This document shows positions 50,192 to 58,598 of a stretch of 60,573 nucleotides of DNA, in pieces; within the stretch, counting starts at the first letter, position 1; each line of letters starts with the position of its first letter. The position numbers were made by a program, and so were the translations under genes. Under the pieces are notes generated by a model. That model ran no database searches. It saw only the letters and a list, made by a program, of their open reading frames with translations, and was not told the DNA's origin. Source of the stretch: a virus; the IMG/VR virus record IMGVR_UViG_3300045988_108426, positions 1 through 60,573 of that record, one strand, 5' to 3'.

Positions 50192-50932
50192 ATGACAAAA
50201 CTAAAAGTATGTTGGATAAGTGCAGGAATATCAAGTTTTATGGCAGGATATTTAGCAGGAAATGTTGATGAATGGATTTATATTGACATTGCCGACCAAC
50301 ATCAGGACAGTATCAGATTTATCAAAGATTGCGAGAAAGCAATTGGAAAGAAAATTGAAATTTTGAGTAGTGCAGAGTATAAGAGTGTCGAAGATTGTGT
50401 CAAGGTTTTTGGTGGTTTTAGAAATCCTAGTAACAACTTTGCACCATGTACAAACTGGCTTAAAAAGAGAGTGAGAAAGGAGTGGGAAGAATGTCACAAA
50501 GATTGTGAATTGACTTATGTGTGGGGATTTGACTTGAAAGAGAAGAACCGAGCAGAACGAACCATTGAAGCCAATCCGCAAGCAAATCATGAATTTCCAC
50601 TTATTGATAAGCAATTATCAAAAGAAGAGGTACACGGACTGTTTGAACGGACTTTTGATTTTGCTCGACCGAAAATGTACGAATTAGGTTACCCGAATAA
50701 TAACTGCATCGGATGTGTAAAAGGCGGCATGGGTTACTGGAATAACATTCGTAAAGATTTCCCTGAGGTATTTAAGGCAAGGTCAGAACTTGAAAGACAG
50801 GTCGGTTACGCAATGTTAAAGGATAGCAACGGCAAGCCAATTTTTCTTGACGAATTAGAACCGACGAGAGGAAACATGAATACTGAAATTTTTCCCGATT
50901 GCGGCATAATGTGTTATTTGAGTTTAGAGTGA
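50192..50932 (+). CDS. PAPS-reductase-like PP-loop (adenine nucleotide alpha-hydrolase) protein
   Basis: PP-loop variant WISAGISS; FPLID...EV...YELGYPNNNCIGCVKG parallels the PAPS reductase/DndC-like C-terminal motif. Confidence 0.65.
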   Translation: MTKLKVCWISAGISSFMAGYLAGNVDEWIYIDIADQHQDSIRFIKDCEKAIGKKIEILSSAEYKSVEDCVKVFGGFRNPSNNFAPCTNWLKKRVRKEWEECHKDCELTYVWGFDLKEKNRAERTIEANPQANHEFPLIDKQLSKEEVHGLFERTFDFARPKMYELGYPNNNCIGCVKGGMGYWNNIRKDFPEVFKARSELERQVGYAMLKDSNGKPIFLDELEPTRGNMNTEIFPDCGIMCYLSLE

Positions 50933-50941
50933 GGTGATGGC

Positions 50942-51145
50942 ATGAATATATATTTAGTCGAAAGAACCGAGGAAATCACTTGGGTTGAAGATTACGCAAT
51001 GGTCGTGATAGCAGAGGATGAAAAACACGCTGAAAGGAGAGCAAGATGGGAAAGCAGAGATTTTAAAAGAGCAAAGAACTTGCTTGTAAAAAAGGTAGAT
51101 GTAGACAAAGAGCAATCGGTTTTGATTGCTAATACAGGAGCGTGA
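50942..51145 (+). CDS. Hypothetical protein
   Basis: 67-aa ORF with GAGGTGA SD. Confidence 0.5.
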   Translation: MNIYLVERTEEITWVEDYAMVVIAEDEKHAERRARWESRDFKRAKNLLVKKVDVDKEQSVLIANTGA

Positions 51146-51228
51146 TGCAATATCTCACGCGAAAAGAAGTGGTTGTTATTGTCGTTTTGCAAAAGTGGAT
51201 ATTAGCGAAGTGTGAAAGGAGTTTGAGT

Positions 51229-51426
51229 ATGATAGAACAGATGTGTATAAGAAGAGATTATGTTAATGTTTATGACCGCGAGAGTTTAGGAAGTTTTGTC
51301 AAGAAAGTTACGAAAAAGGCAAATGAGATAAAGGGAAAAATCCTTAATATTGAATATGTGAGGAATGAAAATAGAGATTGTAGCGGCATTGTTGATACAG
51401 CAATAATCGTTTATAAATCAAAATAG
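51229..51426 (+). CDS. Hypothetical protein
   Basis: The ATG at 51229 follows AAAGGAG. Confidence 0.45.
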   Translation: MIEQMCIRRDYVNVYDRESLGSFVKKVTKKANEIKGKILNIEYVRNENRDCSGIVDTAIIVYKSK

Positions 51427-51438
51427 AAGAAAGGAATA

Positions 51439-51627
51439 ATGCAAATGACAGTAGACGAATTTAAGCTACTTGCGGTAGATACTAAAATCTCAGTGCGTGA
51501 TATTCGCACTGGGGAGTATCTTAAAGACAAGAAAGAATACGGCAGGCGAAAGGTACAAAGTTTGTATGCCAGAACGCACAGGTATCAAGGCGATTGTGAA
51601 GCCAATATTGTATTGATGGTGAGGTGA
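51439..51627 (+). CDS. Hypothetical protein
   Basis: 62-aa ORF with AAAGGAA SD. Confidence 0.5.
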   Translation: MQMTVDEFKLLAVDTKISVRDIRTGEYLKDKKEYGRRKVQSLYARTHRYQGDCEANIVLMVR

Positions 51628-51631
51628 TTTG

Positions 51632-52027
51632 ATGGAAGATAGATATTTATCCAAGGCAAAGAGAATTAGTGACGGAGAATGGGTGGTTGGCTATTTATAC
51701 AGACTTTCAGAAAATAATCCCCCATTTCTAATGTTGCGTAAATATGGAGAGAGCTATGAAGTGGATGAACATACCATCTGCCAATGTACCGGCTCGAGAG
51801 ATAAAAATAGCAAGCTGATTTATGATAACGATATTGCAAAAGACGAGAAAGGGAATCTTTATAAAGCATTTTGGCAAAAGAATTATTATCAATATTCTTG
51901 GATTTGCATTAAGTCCAATTATTTACCTGTTGGTGCTCAATGGAATTTATGGAGCATTAAAAGTTTTGAAATTGAAGTTATCGGCAATGTATTTGACAAT
52001 AAAGATTTATTAGAAAGTGAGGGATAA
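51632..52027 (+). CDS. YopX-family protein
   Basis: EWVVGYLYR...QCTGSRDKNSKLIYDNDI...IEVIGNVFDNKDLLE. Confidence 0.7.
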   Translation: MEDRYLSKAKRISDGEWVVGYLYRLSENNPPFLMLRKYGESYEVDEHTICQCTGSRDKNSKLIYDNDIAKDEKGNLYKAFWQKNYYQYSWICIKSNYLPVGAQWNLWSIKSFEIEVIGNVFDNKDLLESEG

Positions 52028-52028
52028 T

Positions 52029-52292
52029 ATGACAGAGAGTGAAGCAATAAAAGAAGTTGGATTCAATATGTCAACAATAGGATTAAATAATAAATCAGCT
52101 AAAAGAGTTAGTGAAGCAAAAAACATGGCAATACAGGCACTTGAAAAGCAGATACCGAAGAAGCCAGATTTTACAGAAGATAAAGAATTTGCCTTATGCC
52201 CTTGTTGTAATGGTAAGGGTTTACTTGACAGGCAGAAATATTGTGATAATTGCGGTCAGAAGTTAGATTGGTCAGAAGAAAGCGAGGAATAA
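52029..52292 (+). CDS. Zinc-ribbon protein, paralogue of 56889-57215
   Basis: C-terminal EKQIPKKPDFTEDKEFALCPCCNGKGLLDRQKYCDNCGQKLDW is shared with the second copy. Confidence 0.6.
   Translation: MTESEAIKEVGFNMSTIGLNNKSAKRVSEAKNMAIQALEKQIPKKPDFTEDKEFALCPCCNGKGLLDRQKYCDNCGQKLDWSEESEE
52143..52271 (+). repeat. 129-nt intragenomic repeat, copy 1 (partner 57072-57200)
   Basis: The nucleotide alignment has no gaps and mostly third-position differences; 37 of 43 encoded residues are identical. Confidence 0.85.
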
Positions 52293-52294
52293 AC

Positions 52295-52765
52295 ATGGCA
52301 AAGATATTTAGATTTAGCGGCTATTTAGTTGAAAATAGCAATATAGAGGATTTGGAAAATGTCAAATACAGACTAGGACTTATTAAAAGTGAATATGACG
52401 ATGTTATACAGCAGTTACACATCGAAGAAAGTGAGAAGTTTGAAGCTAAAGAAGAACTGGAAGAAAATTGTGACCTTGCATTATTGACAAGACATTTTAA
52501 AGGTTTTTGTGATAGTGCTTACAACTTTGACCGACCTATTCCACAGAAAGGCGAGAAATATAAGCATTTCAAGTTAGGCAAGATTGTTACAGTTATAGGT
52601 ATTTCAAGACATACAGAAACAGAGGAAATGTCAGTTGTGTATGAATATGAGGGACACATTTGGAACAGACCTCTTGAAATGTTTATGAGCGAAGTTGACA
52701 AAAAGAAATATCCTGATGCAAAGCAGAGATATAGATTTGAAAGGCTTACTGATGTTTTGGTGTGA
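52295..52765 (+). CDS. DUF1653-domain protein
   Basis: C-terminal YKHFKLGKIVTVIGISRHTETEEMSVVYEYEGHIWNRPLEMF. Confidence 0.6.
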   Translation: MAKIFRFSGYLVENSNIEDLENVKYRLGLIKSEYDDVIQQLHIEESEKFEAKEELEENCDLALLTRHFKGFCDSAYNFDRPIPQKGEKYKHFKLGKIVTVIGISRHTETEEMSVVYEYEGHIWNRPLEMFMSEVDKKKYPDAKQRYRFERLTDVLV

Positions 52766-52994
52766 GAAAGAAAATAGGTGGTGTTCGGTTTGGAGTTGTG
52801 ACAGAAAGGAATGTGAATTTGTGGTAAGAGCAAGTGACAAAGAAAGATTTTATCAATGTTTGACTTGTCTACACCTTGAAAACTGCAATTTAGATGAAAA
52901 GTCAGAAGATGAAAGAGGGTTGTGCAAAGAATATAGAATTGACAAGGACTATATAAAGCGTTTAAAAAAACAGATAGTTTCAAAAATGAGGTGA
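52752..52994 (+). CDS. Hypothetical Cys-rich protein
   Basis: The ATG at 52752 overlaps the upstream end. Starts MFWCEKENRWCSVWSCDRKECEF. Confidence 0.45.
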   Translation: MFWCEKENRWCSVWSCDRKECEFVVRASDKERFYQCLTCLHLENCNLDEKSEDERGLCKEYRIDKDYIKRLKKQIVSKMR

Positions 52995-52998
52995 TAAT

Positions 52999-53202
52999 AT
53001 GACAATGGAATTGATTGAAAAGAAAAACAAGCCTTTAAAGACAAAGTTTCAATTTACAAAAAAAGAATGGGAGAAACTTGACATATTTACTCAGTCGATA
53101 TTTAAAAATTCAGCAGAAACAGTAGGTGAAACAGCAAAAAATATTTATTTTATTGTAGCTGGAGATTGGCTTAATATGAGGAAAAGTGAGGTGGTTAAGT
53201 GA
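52999..53202 (+). CDS. Hypothetical protein
   Basis: 67-aa ORF with GAGGTGA SD. Confidence 0.5.
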   Translation: MTMELIEKKNKPLKTKFQFTKKEWEKLDIFTQSIFKNSAETVGETAKNIYFIVAGDWLNMRKSEVVK

Positions 53203-53321
53203 TACCCGAATGTGTAAACTGTAAAAATCTCTTTACTTGCAAGATAAAAGACAAACCGAAAAATGAAGCATGCGTAATGTTTGAAGAGAGAAAGAAAGAG
53301 GATGAGAATGATGACGATTGA
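53199..53321 (+). CDS. Possible 40-aa Cys-containing peptide (GTG start)
   Basis: GTGAGGTGG precedes the GTG, which overlaps the upstream stop. Confidence 0.3.
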   Translation: MIPECVNCKNLFTCKIKDKPKNEACVMFEERKKEDENDDD

Positions 53322-53490
53322 CAAAACAAATATAAATGACACTGCTGTGAGAATAATTGACGAGATAGTAACTGACTTTATGGATAGCAATATCACTGAA
53401 TATGACGATAAGTATTCAGCGGTCACTATCGGTTATATCAAAGGTGTTTGCGATATGGCTAACGCTATGAAAGAAGTTTTGAAAAACTAA
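53308..53490 (+). CDS. Hypothetical protein
   Basis: The ATG at 53308 follows AAAGAGGA. Confidence 0.45.
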   Translation: MMTIDKTNINDTAVRIIDEIVTDFMDSNITEYDDKYSAVTIGYIKGVCDMANAMKEVLKN

Positions 53491-53556
53491 GAAAAATCAA
53501 AGAAAAGAATAGGTTGTCGCGACATAAAACCGAGGTTTCCTTTTGGTAGAAAAAGT

Positions 53557-53964
53557 ATGAATTTTGACAATTATTCTTGTAGCAGGCAGATGGATATATT
53601 TGATTTCTTAGAAGATAAGAACAAAGTGAAAGAGTTTAACCCTTTGAAAGCACTTGCTTTATGTGGTACAGGGTTTGAAAACGGAATGAAAAGAGTAAAA
53701 GATTATTTTCTTGAAAATCATAATTTGAGAGAAAAAGTTGCGTTTTTAAAAAACGAATACGGGACAGGCGGTTTCGGTTCGCCTGAGAAGAAGCCTTGCT
53801 ATATACACCAAATGTGTACTTCTATATCGCAAAAATTGATTGAATTTGAGTATTACGACGAGAATATGCAGAATGTGAAAAAATATTGCAGTTGGGTTGA
53901 TTTAGCAAACATAATTTCAGAAATGGTTGCAAAAGATGAATATGTTTATAAGGACGGTGATTAA
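53557..53964 (+). CDS. Hypothetical protein (FLKNEYGTGG motif)
   Basis: 135-aa ORF directly upstream of the replisome organizer. Confidence 0.55.
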   Translation: MNFDNYSCSRQMDIFDFLEDKNKVKEFNPLKALALCGTGFENGMKRVKDYFLENHNLREKVAFLKNEYGTGGFGSPEKKPCYIHQMCTSISQKLIEFEYYDENMQNVKKYCSWVDLANIISEMVAKDEYVYKDGD

Positions 53965-54762
53965 ATGGCAATTTACAGAAATGTACGCTTATCGTTTTGG
54001 ACGGATAACAAAGTAATAGACGAGTTTACACCTGAGGATAAGTATTTTTATCTGTACTTGCTCACAAACCCTCAGACAAATTTGTGCGGTTGTTATGAGA
54101 TAAGTTATAAAAGTATGAGCGAGGACACAGGATATAACAAAGATACTTGTCTGAGATTATTAAAAAGATTTGATGAAGCACACAATGTTATCAAATTTAA
54201 TGAGAGTACAAAAGAAGTGCTGATTCTGAATTGGTATAAATATAACTGGAGCAGTTCGGCAAAGACTTTGTCAGGGGTTATGTCAGCGGCGAAGTACATA
54301 AAATGCGAAAAATTTAGAAATTATGTTTTAAGTGTTGCAGAAAGTGTGAAGAATGGTAATAAAGAGCCAGTCAGATACCCCATAGAAGCATCTGTATCTG
54401 TAGCTGATACTGATTCTGTTTCTGATTCTGTTACTGAAACTGATACTGTAAATAATAAAAAGAACATTACAGGAGAGTATATAAAGGAAATTGTTACTTA
54501 TCTGAATGAAAAATGCGGTACACATTACAGATGTAACACAGCAAACACTAGAAAGCATATAACGGCGAGATTTGCTGATGGCTATACGGTTTCTGATTTC
54601 ATGACAGTGATTGATAAGAAGTCTGCCGAATGGCAAGGTACTAAATTTGAATTGTATTTACGACCAGATACTTTGTTCGGAAGTAAATTTGAAAGTTATC
54701 TGAATCAGCAGATTAAGCAGAAAGATAGCACAAAAGAATTTTTGGACGGTTGGGGGTTGTAG
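53965..54762 (+). CDS. Replisome organizer / replication initiation protein (phage_rep_org_N + conserved phage C-terminus)
   Basis: N-terminal YRNVRLSFWTD...EDKYFYLYLLTNPQTNLCGCYEIS; C-terminal IVTYLNEKCGTHYR...NTRKHITARFADGYTVSDFMTVIDKKSAEW...YLRPDTLFG.KFE.Y. Confidence 0.75.
   Translation: MAIYRNVRLSFWTDNKVIDEFTPEDKYFYLYLLTNPQTNLCGCYEISYKSMSEDTGYNKDTCLRLLKRFDEAHNVIKFNESTKEVLILNWYKYNWSSSAKTLSGVMSAAKYIKCEKFRNYVLSVAESVKNGNKEPVRYPIEASVSVADTDSVSDSVTETDTVNNKKNITGEYIKEIVTYLNEKCGTHYRCNTANTRKHITARFADGYTVSDFMTVIDKKSAEWQGTKFELYLRPDTLFGSKFESYLNQQIKQKDSTKEFLDGWGL
54392..54451. repeat. Ten consecutive CTGWWW hexamers inside the organizer gene; candidate origin iterons
   Basis: CTGTAT CTGTAG CTGATA CTGATT CTGTTT CTGATT CTGTTA CTGAAA CTGATA CTGTAA. 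Confidence 0.8.
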
Positions 54763-54765
54763 CTT

Positions 54766-55419
54766 ATGACAGAAAAAGAAGTAAGACAATTACTTGCTAT
54801 GACACAGGCTGTATATCCTAACTACAATCCACCCAGCAGAGAAGCGGCGGTAAATGCGTGGTTCATGTGTTTAAGCGAGTATGATAACAAAGTTGTACAG
54901 TTGGCTTTTAAAACATACATGACTACAAATACAAGCGGATTCCCACCAGTTCCAGGGCAACTTGTAGAGATATTGCAATCTTTGACACAGCCACAGGAAC
55001 TTAACGAATTGGAAGCGTGGTCGCTTGTCAGACAGGCATTAAAAAATTGTAATTATAATTCGGAGCAGGAGTTTGCAAAGTTACCGACTACAATACAAAA
55101 AACAGTCGGCACACCGCAACAGCTCAGAATATGGGCGAGTGATACAGAGTTTAATGAAAATGTTGTGAGCAGTAATTTTATAAAGACATATAGAACAGAG
55201 GTCAAGCGAGCAATAGAGTTGAATAAAATACCATCAGACATAAAAAAAGTAATCGAGATGGTAAATAAAAACTCTTTATCAAACCAAATAACCGACAAAA
55301 ACAAACAGGCTATAAAGTTATCACTTGAAGATAAAGAAGCCGAGGAAACAGGCAAAATGGAAGTTAGAAACAGTGTTCTTATGCCTGAGAAATATAAAAA
55401 AGAATTTGGCATTAAATAA
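54766..55419 (+). CDS. Replicative helicase loader/inhibitor (SPP1 G39P-like)
   Basis: N-terminal LLAMTQAVYPNYNPPSREAAVNAWFMCLSEYDNKVVQLAFKTYM; position after the organizer. Confidence 0.55.
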   Translation: MTEKEVRQLLAMTQAVYPNYNPPSREAAVNAWFMCLSEYDNKVVQLAFKTYMTTNTSGFPPVPGQLVEILQSLTQPQELNELEAWSLVRQALKNCNYNSEQEFAKLPTTIQKTVGTPQQLRIWASDTEFNENVVSSNFIKTYRTEVKRAIELNKIPSDIKKVIEMVNKNSLSNQITDKNKQAIKLSLEDKEAEETGKMEVRNSVLMPEKYKKEFGIK

Positions 55420-55441
55420 TGAGTTTAAGGAAAGGAGATGA

Positions 55442-55822
55442 ATGTCCGTTTTGAGCAATATAGTAAAAGTGAGGTGTATGCATTTTTGGAGCGACTGGAC
55501 GGAAATAAAGGATATTGAAATCAATGTTGATGAATTTATATTTTTCGAGGTTGACTATCGTGGTGAGGATAGCTGGCACATTATAGGACATAGGTGCAAT
55601 GAAAATCATGAATGGAAAGAAACGGAATTATCCGACCATCAGGTTGCAAGCATTTATGATTTAGCTGAGTTTATATCAAAAGTAAACTCTTGCGATAAAG
55701 GAAAATATCAGCCTTGTAAAGTTTCAAGATTTAATAATTTACATTACTCTGATAGCTTTTACCAAGAGTTACAAAGTTTGCTCGCACTTGTTGAAAAAGA
55801 AAATGCTAAGCGCTCGTCTTAG
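55442..55822 (+). CDS. Hypothetical protein
   Basis: 126-aa ORF with AAAGGAGA SD. Confidence 0.5.
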   Translation: MSVLSNIVKVRCMHFWSDWTEIKDIEINVDEFIFFEVDYRGEDSWHIIGHRCNENHEWKETELSDHQVASIYDLAEFISKVNSCDKGKYQPCKVSRFNNLHYSDSFYQELQSLLALVEKENAKRSS

Positions 55823-55834
55823 AAAGGAGCAGTA

Positions 55835-56209
55835 ATGGAGAGATTAACAAACAGAAGATATGGCGAAATTTCTTGCACAGGCAGAGAAATACCATGCAGT
55901 TCATTTTGTAATAACTGTTCTCAGGGTACAGGTAATTGCGAGATTGTAAAAAGAATGGTTGAGAAGTTAGCTGATTATGAGGACTTAGAAGAACAAGGCA
56001 GACTTCTGAAACTGCCTTGCGATAAAGTATATTACATTGTTGATAAGAATAATCCGAAATATGCGACAGTAATGAGTAAGTCTATAAGAGATTTGACAGT
56101 TCATGAAATTGAAAATATTGATATTGACGGAAGATATTTTTCAACAAAGGAATTAGCCGAAGCAAAACTGAAAGAATTGAGAGGTGGAGAAAATGGCACA
56201 ATGGAATAA
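55835..56209 (+). CDS. Hypothetical Cys-containing protein
   Basis: 124-aa ORF with AAAGGAG SD. Confidence 0.5.
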   Translation: MERLTNRRYGEISCTGREIPCSSFCNNCSQGTGNCEIVKRMVEKLADYEDLEEQGRLLKLPCDKVYYIVDKNNPKYATVMSKSIRDLTVHEIENIDIDGRYFSTKELAEAKLKELRGGENGTME

Positions 56210-56573
56210 AAATACAGTGCCAAAATGTAAGATTAAAAATTGTTCAGATGAAGTTTTGGCAACAGTAGAACACATAGGATATGGTGGAAAACTTTATAGG
56301 AGAGTGGTTAAGGCGGTGTACTTTCCATATCATCATTGCACTGTTGAGGATATGGCTTGGTGCATGGACGATGGTATTCCTAGCGATTGGGAATATTCAG
56401 AAGAAGATGACTCATATTGGATTCCGCAAGGCTGGTATGAAGTGTGTGATTACTTTGAAAACTATTCCTATTCGCAAATTACAGATTGCGTAAAGGCATG
56501 GATGAAGTTGCCTAAACCATATGAACCAAGAGTTAAAGAGTTTGGAGGTGGAGAAAATGAAAGTAGTAATTGA
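56193..56573 (+). CDS. Hypothetical protein
   Basis: The ATG at 56193 follows GAGGTGGAGAAA. Confidence 0.5.
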   Translation: MAQWNKNTVPKCKIKNCSDEVLATVEHIGYGGKLYRRVVKAVYFPYHHCTVEDMAWCMDDGIPSDWEYSEEDDSYWIPQGWYEVCDYFENYSYSQITDCVKAWMKLPKPYEPRVKEFGGGENESSN

Positions 56574-56685
56574 CATACCTAACGATTTCGAAGGAGATTA
56601 TATTGCTGACAAATTCAAAGATTTCTTTTCAAGGGTTATTGCGGATATTGATTGCAAAGGTATGTGTGGCAGATACGAGAAATAA
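56557..56685 (+). CDS. Hypothetical small protein
   Basis: 42-aa ORF after an identical GAGGTGGAGAAA junction. Confidence 0.4.
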   Translation: MKVVIDIPNDFEGDYIADKFKDFFSRVIADIDCKGMCGRYEK

Positions 56686-56694
56686 ATTGCTGAA

Positions 56695-56880
56695 ATGTTT
56701 TTAAAGGCATTTGACGATAGCGAAGAAAAGATTTCTTGCAACTGCCAGCACAACAACAGTTCAAGAGACAATGAGCCTTGTTGCAGATGTGATAGTTGGA
56801 AAAGGAATATGTTGTGCGAAGGGTTATCGGAGTTTATTTGCAAAGTAAAATCAGAATGGCTTCAATCAGAAGCGGAATAG
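56695..56880 (+). CDS. Hypothetical Cys-rich protein
   Basis: 61-aa ORF with no clear SD. Confidence 0.35.
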   Translation: MFLKAFDDSEEKISCNCQHNNSSRDNEPCCRCDSWKRNMLCEGLSEFICKVKSEWLQSEAE

Positions 56881-56888
56881 GAGAGAAT

Positions 56889-57215
56889 ATGGAAGAAAAA
56901 GCAAATGTGGAAATAAAAAAAGCGATAGATAGTTTAGAATTTTTAATTGACGAGGATTGTTCTGATACACAGTTTGACTATATCGAAGAAATTGAAAGTG
57001 CAATCAAGGCACTTACAGAACTTCAACAGTACCACGCAATCGGCACACCGGAAGAGTGCCGGACGGCGAGAGAAAAGCAGATACCTAAGAAACCCGATTT
57101 TACAGAAGAAAAGGAGTTTGCTTTATGTCCTTGTTGTAATGGTAATGGATTAGCTGATAAGCAGGAATATTGTGATAATTGCGGTCAGAAATTAGATTGG
57201 AGCGGTGAAGAATGA
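56889..57215 (+). CDS. Zinc-ribbon protein, paralogue of 52029-52292
   Basis: The ATG at 56889 follows TAGGAGAGA; shares the C-terminal module. Confidence 0.6.
   Translation: MEEKANVEIKKAIDSLEFLIDEDCSDTQFDYIEEIESAIKALTELQQYHAIGTPEECRTAREKQIPKKPDFTEEKEFALCPCCNGNGLADKQEYCDNCGQKLDWSGEE
57072..57200 (+). repeat. 129-nt intragenomic repeat, copy 2
   Basis: See 52143-52271. Confidence 0.85.
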
Positions 57216-57439
57216 GCGAAGAACTTAAACCATGCCCGTTCTGTGGACACAGTATAGATATTGAAAAAGATGTGTATGAACCGAGTAGGGATTGGCACCC
57301 GACATTTATTGACCCAGATAGTGGTGGCGACCCCATTAACATTCATTGCGAATGTGGTTTAGAGTTTTGCACTGGTACATATAACTGGGGCGAATTTGTA
57401 GAAGCATGGAACAGGAGGGTGAACGATGAGACTGATTGA
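57212..57439 (+). CDS. lar: Lar-family restriction alleviation protein
   Basis: LKPCPFCG...IHCECGLEF......EAWNRR is the characteristic Lar-family pattern. Confidence 0.65.
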   Translation: MSEELKPCPFCGHSIDIEKDVYEPSRDWHPTFIDPDSGGDPINIHCECGLEFCTGTYNWGEFVEAWNRRVNDETD

Positions 57440-57695
57440 TGCAGATAATATTTACAATGTTGGAAATTTCGTCATATTGGATGAAGATGGTAATGCTTAT
57501 GTATCACTTGCTGATTTATGTAAAATAATTGATATTCAACCGACCGCCTATGATGTAGATAAGGTTGTAGAGGAATTGGAGGGTGCAATGTGGCTTACAA
57601 CAAATGATGATGGAGAAACCAATAAATTATCTATTCAAGTTGTTTCGTTTGATGATGCAATCGAGATAATAAAGGCAGGTAGTAAGGATGAATAA
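57426..57695 (+). CDS. Hypothetical protein
   Basis: 89-aa ORF with an MRLIDAD start, common in phage early genes. Confidence 0.5.
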   Translation: MRLIDADNIYNVGNFVILDEDGNAYVSLADLCKIIDIQPTAYDVDKVVEELEGAMWLTTNDDGETNKLSIQVVSFDDAIEIIKAGSKDE

Positions 57696-57736
57696 TGAGC
57701 AGTTAAAAAATAAGAATTTAGCGAGGTGATTATACA

Positions 57737-57877
57737 ATGAATGATTGCAAAGGATGTAAATATGAGAACAGCACAGATATAGAGATATGTTTAGAATTTT
57801 GTACAAATTGTAAAAGAGCCTATTCTAATGAAGAAGATAGAGAATTTCACGAAGATAAGTATGAGATTGCAGACTAA
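57737..57877 (+). CDS. Hypothetical small Cys-rich protein
   Basis: 46 aa (CKGC...CLEFCTNC) with GCGAGGTGA SD. Confidence 0.4.
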   Translation: MNDCKGCKYENSTDIEICLEFCTNCKRAYSNEEDREFHEDKYEIAD

Positions 57878-57941
57878 GCTAAAACTAAGAAAGGAGTAAG
57901 AGTTTTGTGCACAGTAAAAACCGGTTTTACTCCATAAAATT

Positions 57942-58598
57942 ATGTATAGCGAGAATAAAAAGAAGTGGCTTAAAGAGCGTTATCGTCAAAGAAAAGAACA
58001 TAGCTTATGTACCAAGTGCGGTAAACCTGCAATGACAAACAAAACTCAATGCAAGGAATGTGCCGAAAAAAGAAAGAAGAAATATCGAGAAGATAGAGAA
58101 TTTTTCAAAGCACAGGGATTGTGCCCAAAATGCGGCAAAAGCAAATTATTTGGCAGTGAAAAAACTTGTCCTGAGTGTTTAGCTTATGCTGAAAAAGTAA
58201 ATGCTAAACACGCAAATAAAGTAGCTGGTAGTAAAGAAGCATATTATAAACAGCTTTATCAAAAAGCAAGACAGCGTTATGACGAGCAAAATCTTTGCGT
58301 AATGTGTAAAATAAGACAGCGTGCAGAGGGACATATACACTGTGAAGAATGTCTTGAGATAAGACGCATAAAAGGCAGAGAAATACGAAAACAGCAAGAA
58401 AAAGTAGGTATAACAAGAAGCGAAAGACCAGCTTACGGACTTTGCTATCGCTGCGGAAACCCACTCGATAGAGACGGGAAGTTGTGCGTAAAGTGTGCAA
58501 CAAAAGCTGTAAGCTGTTTACCTAAATTTAGAAATACAGATGTATGGAAAAAGAATAACAATCTATTATTTGGAGGTAAGCAAGATGATAAAATTTAA
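57942..58598 (+). CDS. Protein with four tandem CxxC...CxxC zinc-ribbon modules
   Basis: CTKCG..CKEC, CPKCG..CPEC, CVMC..CEEC, CYRCG..CVKC, separated by basic helical linkers. Confidence 0.55.
   Translation: MYSENKKKWLKERYRQRKEHSLCTKCGKPAMTNKTQCKECAEKRKKKYREDREFFKAQGLCPKCGKSKLFGSEKTCPECLAYAEKVNAKHANKVAGSKEAYYKQLYQKARQRYDEQNLCVMCKIRQRAEGHIHCEECLEIRRIKGREIRKQQEKVGITRSERPAYGLCYRCGNPLDRDGKLCVKCATKAVSCLPKFRNTDVWKKNNNLLFGGKQDDKI

Noticed and set aside
50083-50268. 61-aa ORF overlapping the start of the PAPS-reductase-like gene; also considered a riboswitch in 50040-50190
   Set aside because: The ORF has no SD and overlaps a well-supported gene. I could not fold the leader into any riboswitch class I know, so it is only mentioned as a G+C-enriched leader.
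54392-54451. Periodic repeat as a CRISPR array or microsatellite artefact
   Set aside because: The 6-nt period has no spacers and lies in frame within a coding linker. There are no cas genes anywhere in the window.
56181-56195. 15-nt identical gene junction GAGGTGGAGAAAATG, also at 56545-56559 (and GAGGTGATTTGATGGAA at 29268 and 51619)
   Set aside because: These are short SD-plus-start contexts encoding similar GGEN C-termini. They probably reflect shared junction or translation-coupling signals rather than a distinct element.
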